In this document: piece after piece, positions 62,330-64,000 of the stretch | How positions within the stretch are numbered: position 1 is the first letter of the stretch | How the letters are laid out: each line of letters opens with the position of its first letter | Notes under the pieces: model-generated | The model's input: only the letters and a program-made list of their open reading frames with translations | What the model was told of the DNA's origin: nothing | Databases searched by the model: none | Position numbers and translations under genes: made by a program | NCBI GenBank assembly: GCA_043228905.1 | Contig: JBHGNT010000008.1 | Coordinates: forward strand, 21,886,001 to 21,950,000 | Origin: Azolla caroliniana | Taxonomy: Eukaryota; Plantae; Polypodiophyta | Direction of reading: 5' to 3' | DNA: 64,000 nt

Positions 62330-63599
62330 CACTCCTTGTTTTTCTGAGGGGGGAAATGTGGTGTCCCTTTCATGCAAGAGCATGCATTTGAACACACCAC
62401 TCTTTTAGCCACTCCCGTTTAGCACATCACCCATTTTAGCCCACCCTTTTAGCACACCATTTTGGGACACGTGTAGCTAGGTCGTCCCAAAATGGGTTCT
62501 TTGTATCTTCTATATATTGAATGATAAAGTATGAAGCTAGCTAGGCTGGTTTGGTTTCCTTTTATGTGCATTTCACAATATGCAAGGGATATATTTACAA
62601 ATTTAGGTTTACAACAATTAGAGATAGACTACCACAAATTTGGTGGTTTTTACAAATATGATCACATGACTAGAGCATAAAAACAATAATGAAACGAACA
62701 AAAAGGACACTATGGAATTTCCAGCGAAGGTGAATCAAGTGAGCTGCCAAAACTGCAACTACCACTATTGGCTACAACGCCCGGATGACGGTGTAGTGTT
62801 CCCATGTCATTTCGTCCTCCCTTCAAGGACTAGAGTGTGAGGTAGCCTGGCCCTTCTCTTGAAATTGCCATCACATAACATTTATCCATCGCAAAGAAGA
62901 ACATTAAACCTCCAAAGTAGATGTAAGTAGGTAATTAGTTCCAAGTGTCAAAGAGGTCATTGAAAAGGAATAAGAAGAAGAATAGAAGAAAACCCTCCCA
63001 AGACCTAAAGTTTGAAGAAAAGAAGGAACCCTAATGGTGCACTCTCAAAACGCAAAATGAGTCACCCCCACAAACCCTAATGGTACACCTCAAAACAACA
63101 AAATAAGAGACCCTCTAAAAGTGAAGAATAGGAAGAAAACAAACCTTAATGGTATGCCACAAACCACAAATGGCAATCCCCCATTAAGCCCTCTTCTCCT
63201 TTTTTATAGAGAAAACGAAGCACCTAATTTCGGCATTAAATGCGTTTATTCCCTTTCTTTCTTAGAAAAAAAGTAACGGGAATAAATAACCCTTGATTTA
63301 AGCCACGCTAACATACATATATACACATTTATTTATTATCTAAAATATTTATCTTTTATATATACATATATTTATGTGATGTGAGTAGACCCTCCATTTT
63401 CCCACCTTTTTACCGCCATGCCACATCACGACACCGATGTATACCCTCTTGAGGACGAGTTGGATGAGAGTGATTGTGATGTTAGGTAAGGACAAGGTTA
63501 TATGGTTTGGTAAGCTTGCTAGTGGGATCATTATGTAACTGAGATTTACTGACTGGAAGAGCCGGTCAAGTTCAACATGGCTTAGGGCTTAATAATGCC

Positions 63600-63728
63600 T
63601 CAATAGGGCTTAAGCGCTAAACTGATGAAGTATTTAACATGTAAATAAACTAACTACACTTCAATAGGGCTTAGGCGCTAAAATGATTATTAAGTATTTA
63701 ACATGTAAATAAACTAACTACGCTTCAA
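63600..63728. repeat. Two tandem copies of ~61-65 bp
   Basis: TCAATAGGGCTTA.GCGCTAAA.TGAT...AAGTATTTAACATGTAAATAAACTAACTAC occurs twice. Confidence 0.8.
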
Positions 63729-64000
63729 CTATTTTGAAGGTCACCACATAGCACATACCAAAGAGATTAGCGCTTGGCTTCAAATGAACACACAATACTA
63801 ATCTCATATAAATATTACAAGAGAGAGATATTTTATTATCGTCTTTAGATGTCAAACGGTGCATAGTCTATTCCTCTTATCACTGGTGCCCCAACGCCCT
63901 ATCTCACATCGCAATGAGATGTGAGTTAAGTCACATGGAAGCAATGGTATGGTTCGGATGGTGGACAACAACACGATGGGCAGGTGCTAACATGGGGGTG

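Larger units (their letters stand above)
60011..62577 (+). mobile_element. Non-autonomous Ty3/Gypsy LTR retrotransposon (gag + integrase only), 2567 bp
   Basis: 221-bp LTRs at 60011-60231 and 62357-62577 (TGTG...TCACA, 3 differences), with a 4-bp TSD ATAT. PBS TGGTGGAGAAGCGGG from 60236 and PPT GAGGGGGGAAA at 62346-62356. Gag and IN are present; no PR, RT or RNase H. Confidence 0.95.

Overview
Eukaryotic nuclear DNA from a land plant (AT-rich, GT-AG introns). An intact Rab23 suggests a non-flowering lineage with flagellated sperm (fern, lycophyte or bryophyte; inference). I reconstructed four complete intron-rich genes by hand on the + strand: a secreted GH27 alpha-galactosidase (15 exons), eIF3h (12 exons), Rab23 (8 exons) and a SIG2/SIGX-like plastid sigma factor. 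There is also a minus-strand plant protein with a 'VTWAPDVYDP' motif whose 5' end is unresolved, and a probable spliced 5' leader at the left edge. Mobile DNA comprises a young 2.57-kb Ty3/Gypsy element with only gag and integrase, three solo LTRs with TSDs, three fragments of one RTE-like LINE family, and L1/Copia relics. The most notable observations are: (i) tandemly duplicated, frame-symmetric cassette-like exons in the sigma factor N-terminus; (ii) the gag+IN-only LTR element with a 4-bp TSD and tRNA-Ala PBS; (iii) a 13-unit hairpin plus variable-heptamer array in eIF3h intron 2; (iv) repeated local exon or donor duplication in three of the four complete genes. All exon coordinates and counts were made by eye and need RNA-seq or alignment confirmation.
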